A DNA stretch of 64,000 nucleotides from Octopus sinensis (Eukaryota): assembly GCF_006345805.1 (NCBI RefSeq), contig NC_042997.1, positions 141,918,001-141,982,000 on the forward strand. Direction: 5' to 3'. Both the position numbers and the translations under genes were made by a program. Of the stretch, positions 50,682 through 62,697 are shown piece by piece. Within the stretch, counting starts at the first letter, position 1; each line of letters begins with the position of its first letter. Under the pieces are notes generated by a model. That model searched no databases. It had not been told where the DNA came from and saw nothing but the letters and a program-made list of their open reading frames with translations.

Positions 50682-50843
50682 CCGTATTTTAACGTGTATA
50701 AGGAACCCACTAATTTTTAGGGCTTAAAATTTGGGAAAAAGTTTTTGTAAGGGATTATAATACTATCCATCTATAAGAAACTCACATACTTTTTTAACCT
50801 AATTTTTGACAAAAATGGATTCCTTATGTATGTTAAAATACGG
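50682..50843. mobile_element. Tc1/mariner-type (pogo/Tigger-like) MITE
   Basis: TA|CCGTATTTTAAC...GTTAAAATACGG|TA; ~23-bp TIR with 3 mismatches; TA duplication. Confidence 0.8.
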
Positions 50844-50969
50844 TAATTGATGTAACTGACTCCAATACTTGAGTGATAATTATTTTATTAACTAGTAAGC
50901 AGCTCCTCTAAAAAGAAAACCTTTGGATGAATGGCAAAGTAGAATTCATGAACATTTAAATTACTCTCT

Positions 50970-51330
50970 TACTCCTTTATTTGTTTTAGTCATTTGACCA
51001 GAGCCATGCTGGAGCACCACCCTTAGTCAAACAAATCAACCCCAGGACTTATTCTTTGTAAGCCTAGTACTTTTTCACCGAACTGCTAAGCTATGGGGAC
51101 ATAAACACACCAACATCAGTTGACAAGTGATGGTGGGGGAACAAACATAGAGACAAAAACAAATACACAACGGGCTTCTTTCAGTTTCTGCCTACCAAAT
51201 TCACTCACAAGGGTTTGGTCGGCCCGAGACTATAGTAGAAGACACTTGCCCAAGGTGCCACATAGTGGGACTGAACCCAGAACCATGTGGTTGGTAAGCA
51301 AGCTACTTACCACACAGCCACCCCTGTGCC
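50970..51330 (-). mobile_element. tRNA-derived SINE
   Basis: Minus strand ggctgtgtggtaagtagcttgc...gggttcagtcccact (A/B-box-like head). Confidence 0.75.
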
Positions 51331-51591
51331 TATTCTGAATTTTTTTTAAATGCAATTAAGAATCAGACACTTAGTGAGGAACATCACAATATCAGTTTCA
51401 TAGTTTCTCTACTACAACAAAGAGAGAAACATCAATTTCTTATACTGACACCAGGCCAGATTTCTAAATGAATCAGCTGACAGGTACTTATTTTACTGAA
51501 CCTGAAAGAGAAATGAAAGATACTGCATGACCCTGGTAGAATTTTGAAAATGTAAGTAAATTCCATGAGGATTTTTTTTAGGTCAATACTC

Positions 51592-51797
51592 GGGCAGCAA
51601 GCTGGCAGAATCGTTAGCATACCAGGCGAAATACTTAGTTCAGATTACGCCGAGGCTGACTTTGCCTCCTCCATCCTTTCGGGGTCAATTAAATAAGTAC
51701 CAGTTACGCACTGGAGTCGATGTAATCAACTTAATCCTTTTGTCTGTCCTTGTTTGTCCTCTCTATATTTAGCCCCCCGTGGGCAATAAAGAAATAG
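51592..51797 (+). mobile_element. SINE of a second family
   Basis: gcaagctggcagaatcgttagc...ggggtcaattaaataagtaccagtt; sister copy at 63315-63520. Confidence 0.65.
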
Positions 51798-52673
51798 ATA
51801 CTAGAGAATAACTTTCCTGAAAGTTTTATACACTTTTGCACCACACGAACACACAAGAAAGAGGGTGGGGTGTTAACCTCCCTCCCTCCTTTTCCTAAGC
51901 ACTTAAAAAAAGAAAAAAAATTTTCCAATTGCTTCTGTAACCCATTTCTACTTAATCCATTCTCATCATAACTATTTCTCAGATGAACATTAATTAGGTG
52001 GTGGGTGTAGTAGCAGAGTCATAAGAGCAGACAAAAAGCCATGTAATATATTTTCAAATTCTCTGATCTCTGGAAGTTGATAAAGAAACACAAATTCAGG
52101 GCAATGAATTGACAAAACTATAAGAGTGCCAGACTGAATACTTTGCAGTACTTGTCCTGGTGGTCTGTATTCTAAGTCTATGGCTTATTTGGATGAAAGA
52201 CTTAATCTGTTGCCTGATTTAACATTACCAACCTAGAACACCTTTTGTTAAGTCCACTCTATTACAAGCATTTGAGCCAGGTCACATTTCTCCCTCCTTC
52301 CATCCTACTAGTCTGAAAAGCCCCGTAAAGGCTCATAAGTATTGCCTTCCCTATTGACAAAAAAAAATTAATTAAAAGAAAAAGGAAATTTATTCAACAT
52401 GTCCATCCACATTTTTTTCTTCAAATCATTTATAATTTTACTTCTGTCAATCTACCACCATTAAAACAAGTTTCTCCCATTTGAAATGATCTAATATTGT
52501 GAAGAAAGCCAAGAGAGGATCTCTGAAGACTGTCATTAACAGAGAACTCTTCTTCCCTCCTTCTCCTCCTACTAACCACTGCACTGGTAGACAAGGCACA
52601 AACTCATAGAAAAATAAACCAGCCATCTGTAAAATACAAACTAATTCATGAGAGAGAGAGAGAGATATGTTAC

Positions 52674-52712
52674 CTTCTGTTTCTCCTTCTTCACTTGTTA
52701 TGATGATAGTCC
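52674..52712 (-). CDS. UBA2: UBA2 39-bp mini-exon (GTIIITSEEGETE)
   Basis: ag/gt boundaries, in frame; human GTILISSEEGETE. Confidence 0.9.
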
Positions 52713-52939
52713 CTAAAACAAAGAAATAATTAGAAATTACAATTCTATAACACAAAGCAATTGTACATCACTTTCAGGACTAAATTGTTATAATGAGACC
52801 GTAAAGTAGATGTATCGTTCTGAAGTCAGAATAACATATCAACTCAAGAATTTTTTTCAAAATCACATAAGAACATAATACAATGAAATTAAGGAATTGA
52901 TCTGGATATAATTGATTTAAACAAAATTGTGGAAACAAT

Positions 52940-53310
52940 CAGAGAATTTCCTATATCTGGAAGCTGTTTGATAAGAGGAGGACTGAGGATTTGATGGGAA
53001 TGTTGGGGTTGGAGGAATTGGTGGAATGGTTGGCAAGGGCAAATGGAGTGAGGTAGTATGGGCACGCATTGAGGACGGATGAAGAGCAAGTTCTGAGGAG
53101 GGTGATTGCGTTTGAGGTAAATCTGAGCGTGAAAGCAAGGTAGACAGAGGAAAAAGTGGAGGGGGAGAATGGGAGGGTTGGTTTGAAAAAGGAGGACACC
53201 CAAAACCGAGCAAGATGGTGTGAGGGCGGTTGCTATAGCATTAAGGTAGATCTGGCCACCCCCATTAACGGGGACAAATTCCAGATTTAAAACACTAGAT
53301 GATGATGATG
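52940..53310 (+). mobile_element. Old RTE-like LINE 3' fragment with (GAT)n tail
   Basis: Decayed ANGVR*YGHALR..E..VLRR frame; 3' end matches 61843-62075 in reverse. Confidence 0.65.
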
Positions 53311-54010
53311 GAGGGATACCTGTAGAGGGAGAGGAGTTTATTTGGTGAGCATACAAGGCAGTTAGGACTATCACTTTGATACATACTTTCACAAGTGAAA
53401 CAGCTAACCCCCTCTCTTGTATAGGATATGTAAAATTGCATGAGAAGAATAGAGTAGAATCACATTTGTTATAGGTAATTAGTGTCGGGTGATTGATTTC
53501 AATGTAAAACAAATTCATTCATTTTAATAACTAAACAAATACCCATGTTAGCTTGGAAAAATACTGTTTTTCCAGGCTCAGTATTTAAGTTATTTAAGGC
53601 AGGATTTTACAGTCAGTTGTTCTTCCTGTAACTTACTCCTTTATGTATTAGAGGAAATTTTTCTTTTATTCTACAGGTTTTTGAAAGCACAGCTCGACCT
53701 GTCATGACAACACACATATGATGGGGCTTCTTTAGTTTCCATCTACCAAAATACACTCTGGATCTATAGTAGAAGACCTTTACCCAAGGTGCTGCACAAT
53801 GAGACCAAACTACATAAAAAATTATTTGCTGTAGTATGGCCAAAGGATCTGATTAAAGCAAAATCAGACTTTAGAGTAGAGGCCAAGTAGAGTAGTTTCC
53901 ACCTGGAGGTATGCAGCTAAAGGTGCTGGTTGTTTAATTAGCAAATACATAAAATTATTCACTGTCAAATGGAAAGAGAGGAGTGAAGTAAAACACTTTG
54001 AAAGTATTAC

Positions 54011-54068
54011 CTTTGCCATCATCAATTTCAACATCAGGTTCAACCATTCCTAAGTGGCCTTTAACAAT
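54011..54068 (-). CDS. UBA2: UBA2 exon (IVKGHLGMVEPDVEIDDGK)
   Basis: 58 bp, ag/gt; human IVKEKFAMVAPDVQIEDGK. Confidence 0.92.
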
Positions 54069-54638
54069 CTATTGAAGAAATAAAATTTTAAAATAAAACA
54101 TCATTTTCCAGGAGAATTTAAGCAAGTTCATCATTGGTTTCAAATTTTGGCACAGATTGCCGCCTTAAAGCAAGTTCATTATTATCTTGCTAAATACAAG
54201 AGGATGGATCATGTCAGTGATTTACATTTTTAAATGCAACCATTATTGCACAAATTTGAAAAGATTATCAAGACTTCAAAAATTTACAACAAAAGTTGTA
54301 CATGATAATCACCAACACAAATGCCTGCTATGTTTGATAGTTTCTTAGATAAAATAGACCTCTGATCAACCTGGCTTCTTTTCAGGATTAGCATCTCCCA
54401 GATATGTCACTTAGATTTATAAGATATGAAAGGTATAATGTGGCGAAGTTCTGTTACTAACAGGCTGAGTGATCATATAGAGGCCAAAATGCTTGCAAGT
54501 TTATTTAAAACCAACTTAACATTGAGAAGAAAGAAGACTATTCTAACAACATTGTTATGTTTTAATGCTTAGGAATTATTTGGTATCCTAAACTCAGTAA
54601 TATGGCCTCATAAAAATGGGAAAATAAAAATCACTAAC

Positions 54639-54794
54639 CTTCTCTTCAAGTGTTTTGATAGTTGTTGTGGTAGTGTTAAGCACCACAGTAACTTCAGGTT
54701 TCTCAGCACAAACATAGCATTTGGGATTGGGTTTTACCAAAGCACATGGTGCTAACAATTGTTTACGGGATGCTGGTTGCCGGTTCAAGTAAAC
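54639..54794 (-). CDS. UBA2: UBA2 exon (VYLNRQPASRKQLLAPCALVKPNPKCYVCAEKPEV...TLEEK)
   Basis: 156 bp, ag/gt; second Zn-binding CxxC (CYVC). Confidence 0.96.
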
Positions 54795-55649
54795 CTTTAC
54801 AGTATGAAAAATATGCAAAGACATTATATTACAGAAAAAAAAAGAATGTAAACATGCTTATATAAATAATTTCTTTGTTAAAATTTATAGTAACACTGCA
54901 TGATATAACTAGAATGAGTATTAATTTAAGTAATTTAAACTATTAACGTTCTAATTTGTGTTCTAAGATTCATTACATTTCAGTTAATGCATGCTTCAGT
55001 TATCATCTGATGTTAGGCATGTTACGTAATAATATAAAAATATATATCTCTACATCAGGCACATGACTGCCAGATAGCAAAATCAATTAAGCTTATATTG
55101 AATTCCACAAACCATTTTTTTCTTTATTTGTTTTCTACTGGATTATGTCTAATATAAGTTTTCAATGTGAATTTGTCAGCTGAAGCCTAGCTTATTTACA
55201 TACATGTATGTATATGTGTGTTAAATTGAGATTATTAATTTAAAGCTACTTTAAGAATGACTACGGAACATTTACTAACGGGGAGACTCAATACTGAGAG
55301 TAGAGTGAAATTTAAATTTTTTATGTATTTCAAGTTGCTTAGGACTAAGTTTCGCTTAACAGTTTATTCAATTGTTAGAGAAGACTTTAAGCAACATAAA
55401 ATTTAAAATATAAATACATATAAGAGAGAATATTTCTAAATGTGGTGTAGATTGAAGTATAAAAATTATCAGCTTGATAAACACATGCTAGTCAAGTAAT
55501 AAGTCATTTAAAAATACAGACACAAACATAAGAACATGAAGCTATTTATAAAGTGAATTGTATAGCATGGGATGTTAATATTAAATCTACAGAGTTCTTG
55601 GCTGACTAGAAAGATGAACAAGTTTTGGTGAACATAAATAAAGTTTTAC

Positions 55650-55762
55650 CATTTTACATTTGTCAATATTTCCTGAGAGTATTTTGAGAGCTTCAATGAC
55701 TATCAATCCTGCAATGATGGCATTAGTTGTAGCAATTGCAGGAATAATGTTCCCAGCCATGG
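55650..55762 (-). CDS. UBA2: UBA2 exon (SMAGNIIPAIATTNAIIAGLIVIEALKILSGNIDKCKM)
   Basis: 113 bp, ag/gt; highly conserved E1 motif. Confidence 0.97.
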
Positions 55763-56144
55763 CTGTCACATAAAAGAAAAGATAAAAAAAAACATTACAT
55801 GACTTTCACTGTATTAAAAACAGACAACCAACAACAAAAATGCATGAAAATAATATCCATTTATTCTATCTTACACATGAAACTTGAAATGAATTTCATA
55901 TACCATATATACTCGACTATAAAACGCCCTTGCTTCTAAGATGCATCCCTGACTTACAAGGTTCAAATTGGGAATTTTATCATTGACCTGATTATAAGTT
56001 GCAGTGATCTTTTTGATGTTGGAGAGCAAAATTCAATTAGGAATCATGCTGACATAGTTGTTGTTCGGTAACCAAGTTTTCAGTAAGCTGGAGATGACTT
56101 ACAACTGTTATCCTATTAAATCCATGCATTTTAGAAACCGTAGG

Positions 56145-56340
56145 TCATCATCATCATTTAACATTTGTTCTCCATGTTGGCATGGGTTGGACAGTTTGGC
56201 AGAGCTGGCAAGCTGGAGAATTATTCAAACAGCTTCTACAGTTAGATACCCTTCCTAATACCAACAACAAAGTGAACTGTAAGTTAATTATATGGTACTG
56301 ACACAGGCGCTTTTTACCTGTGCAGGTGCCATGTAAAAAC
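56145..56340 (-). mobile_element. Degenerate (ATG)n-tailed repeat 3' fragment
   Basis: catcatcatcatttaacatttgttctccatgttggcatgggttggacag. Confidence 0.7.
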
Positions 56341-56477
56341 ACTTAAATAAGGACTTAGATAAGTAAACTGATAGTTGCAGCAATGAACAGAAAATATTTG
56401 AATAGGTTTCTCATTAATGGACATTATTAAGAATTTGTTACAATGTTGACAATAATTACCAACTGAAAAACACTCAC

Positions 56478-56571
56478 ATTTAATGTCAAATCGTGATTTA
56501 ATGGGGATGCCAAAAATATGAGCTCGTATGTTACTGGTAGCTGTGACAAAATCCATTGCAACATCATCATC
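56478..56571 (-). CDS. UBA2: UBA2 exon (DDDVAMDFVTATSNIRAHIFGIPIKSRFDIK)
   Basis: 94 bp, ag/gtgagt. Confidence 0.96.
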
Positions 56572-56923
56572 CTGTACAAAAAAGAAAACACAATGTAACA
56601 ATATCCTCTAAAATACATATATCAATACAAAAAAAATTCAACTACATCTATTTTTTTTCTATTTAAGATGATAGACTGTGGTTTCAGGGAGATTTAGCTG
56701 CTGTTTCTAGCATGTGTGTGTGCATATGTTTGTCCCCCACCACTACTTGTTTATGGCCCCCATAACTTAGCATTTCAGCAAATGAACCCAATAGAATAAG
56801 TGCCAGGCCTAAAAAAGAAATAAATACTGGAGTTGATTTGTTCAACAAAAATTCTTCAAGGTGCCCCAGCATGGCCACAGTCTGATGACTGAAACAAGTA
56901 AAAGAATCTAAAAGTAAGCTTAC

Positions 56924-57084
56924 CTTATCCCAGACAAGTTGGCCACCATCACCTTGTTTGGAGAGTTCTGTTTTGAGCGCAGAGAGACAGTTGCTAAACA
57001 CATCTGCATAGTCTTTTATTGACTGGATCTGTTGATCTTTGATTAATGTTGATGATGATGATGAGGAGGAGGAGGAGTGAGGGA
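56924..57084 (-). CDS. UBA2: UBA2 exon (VPHSSSSSSSSSTLIKDQQ...GDGGQLVWDK)
   Basis: 161 bp, ag/gtaagc; human LKDQQ...GDGAELIWDK. Confidence 0.93.
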
Positions 57085-57416
57085 CTGCAAAAAAAAAAAG
57101 TTTAGATGAAGAAACACTCAATAAACTCTAACACTTGCTTGATTTTAAATATTTTAAAAGATAAATCTGAATTAAAAAATTTCAACATTAAAATCTTGTA
57201 AGAGTTTTTCTTGTTTAATGCTTGCTTTCTTGGTTTCAACTATTTAAAAATATATTAGTGCAGCTAAACAGTTAATTAAAACATTTGACAACCACAATAT
57301 ATAGCCCTTTTGGTAAGTGTCTTCTACTACAGCCTTGAGTTTGCCAGTACCTTACAAGTAAAATTTAGTAGATGAAAAAAAAAGAAAGAAACTGAAAATA
57401 TAAAAACACTATGTAC

Positions 57417-57516
57417 CTGTTGTGGGTAGGGATTGATAAACCAGTGGTGAGGGAGGTTTTCGTTTCTCCCATAGTTTTTCCATTGAAAGTAAATATTTGA
57501 TGTCATCATGGAACAG
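57417..57516 (-). CDS. UBA2: UBA2 exon (LFHDDIKYLLSMEKLWEKRKPPSPL...)
   Basis: 100 bp, ag/gt; human LFKDDIRYLLTMDKLWRKRKPP. Confidence 0.95.
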
Positions 57517-58129
57517 CTGAAAAATATAAACAAAACATTGGTAATTAATGACCAAAAACTTCAAAATAAAACCAGAAAACATTTGCTGTTCTTGACTAAC
57601 AAGTGTTAAAATATGAGACCATGTTGAAACTGAAACATTGTGGAAAAGCAGTTTTTAGCCACTTAACCCTTTCAATAACAACCCAGCTGAAACCACATCT
57701 CCACCAAACCTTAAGCACAATTTATTTTCCTAACACTAGCTTAATGATAACTAAGTTATTTTACAAAATTGTTTATATTTAAAATTAACTGGAAGAAACA
57801 CAGAATATCTCAAAATAAATACAGTAATGGAAGGACTAATATCACACAAATTTCACTTCAAATTGTAATTACTAAATGGATAAAAAAAAAGCTTTTCTAT
57901 GAAGTAATAGTATAAGAAAAAAAGCAAGGACATTCATTATCAACCCTTGGACATAACTGTTTTGAATCCCAGGACTAAGCCAGTTTTCCATGCTGTAGAA
58001 ACTATTCCAAAACAAACAGCAAAGCTTGGTGCTGTCTTCTGACTCAAACAATCCTACCCTTGCCAGCATGGTAAACAGACATTAGATGATGATAATGATA
58101 GTGATGACAACAAGTGACCAAGATTACAA

Positions 58130-58262
58130 TATTCATCTTGATGCTGGGTGGACTGGAGCGAAGTGAGATGAAGTGTTTTACTCAAGAACACAACATACCT
58201 CCAGGTCTGGGAATCAAAACCACAATCTTTCAATTGTAAAGGCATCACACTAACCACTAGAC
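58130..58262 (-). mobile_element. tRNA-derived SINE head, interrupted by the hAT MITE
   Basis: Homologous to 49830-49950; the head motif taaccactagacca is split by the MITE. Confidence 0.65.
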
Positions 58263-58500
58263 CAGTGTTTCTCAATAGGGGTTCTGCGAGAAAGAGTGAG
58301 ATAAGCTAATGCTAATTTCATGATATATATATATATATATATTTACAATGTATATATATATAAATTTATTTACAACATGAACTATGATGAAAAAAATATG
58401 AGGAAGATATGGCATATAATTTTTTTTTTGTGCAGGGGTTCCTTGAGACATGCAATTTATTTTAACAGTTACACAAGAGTAAAAAAGTTAAGAAACACTG
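58263..58500. mobile_element. Non-autonomous hAT (Charlie/Buster-like) MITE with perfect 8-bp TSD
   Basis: TIR CAGTGTTTCTCAA / TTAAGAAACACTG; CACTAGAC at 58255-58262 and 58501-58508. Confidence 0.88.
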
Positions 58501-58601
58501 CACTAGACCATTCACCTCCACTTAAAAGGATATTGTTACGATAAGATACAAGTAGCAAGGAAAAGACACAAAATGTAGGAAATATTGAATAATTTACATA
58601 C

Positions 58602-58726
58602 TTTGTTGAAAAGTTTCTGGAAATCATAGCCAGTTTCATGAGCCCAAGCTCTAGTGGACTTTCTGTCAATACCACCAGCAGCATCACTTTTAGAACTGGA
58701 ATTAAGGGCAGATTCTCCAGCATCAG
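58602..58726 (-). CDS. UBA2: UBA2 exon (ADAGES...GGIDRKSTRAWAHETGYDFQKLFNK)
   Basis: 125 bp, ag/gtatgt; human GDIKRISTKEWAKSTGYDPVKLFTK. Confidence 0.93.
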
Positions 58727-59039
58727 CTATAGAACAGAAAAATGAAATATTAAGAAAATAATATTTGGACTGAAAATATAACCAATACAAAAATATTAAG
58801 CCAAGTTTAAAATTTGAATTGAACAAAATAAAATATTAGTTAATTAAAAATTTTTTATTTTTAATTAAGGTTATATGTAATAAACTTGTGGGAATTGTAT
58901 CAATAAATATATTAAAATGTTTTAAATGAAACAAGATTATAGAAGCAGTTCTGCTGCTGACAAATTTACAATTATATATGATGATGGACTTTCCCATCGT
59001 TAGACAACGTATGAGGGTTCAACAATTTCTTACTGAAGA

Positions 59040-59283
59040 ACTACACAGATGATTTGTTTATAGTGACCAAATGTTTGTGTACACACAAGCTCACCTCCTC
59101 TATCAAGTCGATATTACCTGTACAAGTGCAACGGGTGCCACATGTCAGATGACGAAATGATCGCAGAGCAATGTGAAATGACGTGCTTTGCTCAAGAACA
59201 CAACGCAACGCCTGGTCTGGGAATCGAACCCACAATCTCGTTATCATGAATGCAACACCTTAACCACTGAGCCATGCACCTTC
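59040..59283 (-). mobile_element. tRNA-derived SINE
   Basis: Minus strand gaaggtgcatggctcagtggttaagg...gggttcgattccc (A and B boxes). Confidence 0.8.
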
Positions 59284-59301
59284 ACAATTATATATATAAT
59301 A

Positions 59302-60177
59302 TATGCTCCGATGGATGTGTAATGTCAGTGTACTTACTCGACAGAGCGTTAGTTCCTTGAGAGAAATGTTGTACCTAAGAAGCATCAGTTGTGGTGTGCA
59401 AGAGAGACGATTGCGCTGGTATGGTCATGTGGCGAGAATGGATGAAGATAGGTGTGTGAGAAAGTGCCAATCCCCAGCAGTTGAGGGAACCCGTGGAAGA
59501 GGTAGACCCAGGAAAACCTGGGACGAGGTGGTGAAGCACGACCTTCGAACGTTAGGTCTCACCATTGAAATGACTAGAGACCGAGACCTATGGAAGTATG
59601 CTGTGCGTGAGAAGACCCGGCAAGACTAGTGAAGCCATAACCCGTGGCCCCTACCTGGGACGTAGTCAGTCCACCTGTGCATACCTTCCTTCTTGTGACA
59701 CTTGTGAAGACCTGTTGAGGCAAGTGAAAATCAAATCAAATCAAACCAAATCAAAATAGATGAACATCAATGGAATTTGTATCCTTGTGGTACCAGTGCC
59801 GGTGGCACATAAGAAAACCATCCGAACATGGCCGTAGCCAGTACCGCATCGACTGGCCTCCATGCTGTGGGCACGTAACAAGCACCATCCGATCGTGGCT
59901 GTTCGCCAGCCTCGTCTGGCACCTGTGTCGGTGGCACATAAAAAAACACCATCCGAGCGTGGCCGTCTGCCAGCCTCGTCTGGCACCTGTGTCGGTGGCA
60001 CATAAAATCACCCACTACACTCTCGGAGTGGTTGGCGTTAGGAAGGGCATCCAGCTGTAGAAACACTGCCAGATCTGACTGGCCTGGTGCAGCCTTCGGG
60101 CTTGCCAGACCCCAGTTGAACCGTCCAACCCATGCTAGCATGGAAAGCGGATGTTAAATGATGATGATGATGATGAT
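59302..60177 (+). mobile_element. 5'-truncated RTE LINE, antisense in a UBA2 intron
   Basis: MLRWMCNVSV...RLRWYGHV...GRGRPRKTW...TRQD*; two 63-bp units; (ATG)n tail 60158-60177 followed by (TA)n. Confidence 0.92.
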
Positions 60178-60533
60178 ATATATATATATATATATATTGT
60201 CCTTTGACAAAGGACCAAGATACCTGGTGCCTTGCTTGACAAAGGACCGAGATACCCGACACCTTGCTGTACTCTAGAAGACCCATCCTCCACAGCAGAA
60301 GTGTTAAGGCTACTCCCCCTAGTGAAGCGGAGTGACCTGCAAGAGTCCTGTAAAGTGATTGGCATTAGATAGGGAATCCAGTCATAGAAACCAGGCCAAA
60401 TGAGACAAGAACCTGGGGCAACTCTCCAGCTTGCCAGCACTGGTCAAGCTGTTCAACCCATGCCAGCATGAGAAACAGATGTTAAAGGATGATGAGAGAT
60501 TTTTTTAAGCATAAGTCAAGATGATTTATTTAC

Positions 60534-60601
60534 CAGTCAATTCGGGGTCCTCAGTATCAGGTGAAACATCTTGATCTGGATCTTCTTCCCCAAAAAGTTG
60601 G
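60534..60601 (-). CDS. UBA2: UBA2 exon (QLFGEEDPDQDVSPDTEDPEL)
   Basis: 68 bp, ag/gt; human QLFGEEDADQEVSPD. Confidence 0.95.
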
Positions 60602-61274
60602 CTGGAGAAAAAAAAAAAAGAGTATTTGATAGAGATACTACTCAGTGGCTGTATAAATATTTTATCTATCTCAGTTCTGATTAAAATAACAGCTTTCTAT
60701 AATACAGTTCTATATTTAAGAGACGAGGAATTATGTACATTATTTACATTTGATGGATATTTGTCATCTTGTATCTATAATTCCATGTCAAATATTCAAT
60801 CTGTCTGTTGTCAACAATGTTAAGTGAAAAAATACTAAGCAATACACAGAAGAAAAGATGTTAAGGGATAGTGGAGAGTATTTATGTTTTGCAAACAACT
60901 TGCACATGCAAGTGGTACCAGTCGAAAGCTCCACATACCGGAAGCCAGCAAGTTTATGGGGTCATCAAAAGAGAATGCGTGCAGTTTCAGGGCCTACCTC
61001 TCAACGGCATCAATGCACAACCCCACTACCAACTGATTATCAAATAAAGATCAATATTCTTCTGGCATTAGGACAGAGGTGTATGACCAATCAGTTAGAT
61101 ATCAAATTAATATAATTATGCTTCTTGCACACATTTACCAATACCTTTGGTATCCAGCCACTACGACTCATTTGCTCATCATACTTAGATGAGTCCATTT
61201 TACAGCTTATGTATGGCACTTAACAAATATCTTACACTTCTATTTTTGCCAAAGTCATCACCACGTAAAAGGCA

Positions 61275-61480
61275 GCTATGTTGGTGCCATGTAAAAAGCA
61301 GCTATGTTGGTGCCTCATAAAAAGCACTCAGTACATTGTATAAAGTGGTTGGCATTAGGAAGGGCACCCAGCTGTAGAAACCAAGCCAAAACTAATGACT
61401 GGAACCTAGTGCAGCTCTCCAACTCTACCCAAACCGTCCAACCCATGCCAGCATGGAAAACGGACATTAAATGATGATGT
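61275..61480 (+). mobile_element. Degenerate (ATG)n-tailed repeat 3' fragment
   Basis: aaagtggttggcattaggaagggcacccagctgtag...ggacattaaatgatgatg. Confidence 0.7.
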
Positions 61481-61842
61481 TGAGATCTAGATCAATCCTA
61501 ATCAAATAGACCAATGATCAAATGTATACCATTCATATGCCAAAAAGTACTGTTGTCTAAACAGGCTGAGTGACCCACATTTTTTGAACATCAAGGGCTA
61601 CATTAACCAATGAACCCTTAAAAAAAAAAAAAGGATGTGATTTTCAGATTTGCCTGCTACCTCTAAACAGGTCAAGTAACAGCAAAGAGGATCCTCTGTT
61701 GGACCATTTCAACAGAAGTATCACCAACATCATGTAATGGTCATTAAATGATAATTATGGTGATAACAGTTCTCAAAATTTTTTCCTGCCCTTGACAATT
61801 CTAGATATGTTGTTGCAATCTCATAACTGGAAATAATTATAT

Positions 61843-62075
61843 CATCTAGATGTCAGATTTTATCCACATCTTTGATCGATTGATGTCCAATATTTTAAAT
61901 CTGGGTTTGTACCTGTTAATGGGGATGGGCAGATCTACCTCACTCTTACAGCAACCACTCTCACACCATCTCGCCTGGTTTGGGGTGTCCTTCCTCCCCA
62001 AGTCAACCCTCCCAATCTCCTCCTCCATGTTTACTTTGGTTGACCTTGCTTTTATGGTTCATTCACTTTAAACTC
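61843..62075 (-). mobile_element. Old RTE-like LINE 3' fragment
   Basis: Reverse-complement similarity to 53140-53310 (gtagatct.ccc.....cattaac.gg.acaaa.ccagatttaaaa). Confidence 0.6.
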
Positions 62076-62575
62076 AAGCACTCTCCTCAGAACATGATCC
62101 TTATCCCTCTTCAACACATGCCCACTAAACTATTTGGAAAGTCAATGACCTTTAGTAAAATCAAAACCCCAGTTCATTTGATTGTTCCCAAAGTTTTGAT
62201 ATCTCCAAAAGTTGGGCTATGAGTAACTTTATAAAGGAATCCAGAATTTGCTATGACAACAGTAATTTTGGGCACTGGAGGCAAACAAATGCACAAAAAA
62301 AATATACACAGAGAGATAAAGAGAATGAGACATTACAATTTATTTAACTGAACACAATTGACATAAACACTTTCCCCCCTCCTCATGCACATAAACAGAG
62401 AGAGAGAGAGATTAAAATATCTGAGGTCAAGTAAGTCAGCATTTAATCATTGATGCTAAAATAGCTGTGCCAAAATGTCTCATACCTGGTCTATAATTCT
62501 AACAAGGTTACAGATCAAAAGAAAATAGGTTAGAAATAGGCATGTGCACAAAGGCATACACACACACATACATAC

Positions 62576-62697
62576 TTGAAAAGATGTTTTGCCCATACAA
62601 CACAATGAATAGGTTCAGATGGTGTATTCCGGATTGTGCAACCAGGGAATGTCTTTTGAGTGGGTTTTGGTTGGCATTCATAGCACTCCGTTAATCC
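62576..62697 (-). CDS. UBA2: UBA2 exon with catalytic Cys ([40 protein letters not shown]); upstream exons lie beyond the window
   Basis: 122 bp, ag/gtatgt; CYEC Zn motif and [10 protein letters not shown] active site. The 13 exons total 1458 bp = 485 aa plus stop in one frame. Confidence 0.97.

Noticed and set aside
52889-53518. 209-aa minus-strand ORF
   Set aside because: Antisense to a purine-rich decayed RTE fragment; low-complexity, no homology recognised.
57663-57840. TTAA-CCC (piggyBac-like) MITE, also near 48113
   Set aside because: Left end is suggestive, but the right TIR and TTAA are too decayed to support the call.
61630-61730. Possible intronic C/D snoRNA (ATGATGT...CTGA on the minus strand)
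   Set aside because: Imperfect C box, no terminal stem, no recognisable rRNA or snRNA complementarity.
62150-62300. Strong-looking acceptor (ttttttttgtgcatttgtttgcctccag) as a possible extra or poison UBA2 exon
   Set aside because: No convincing donor, a stop in the incoming frame, and the flanking exons already join in frame; needs RNA evidence.
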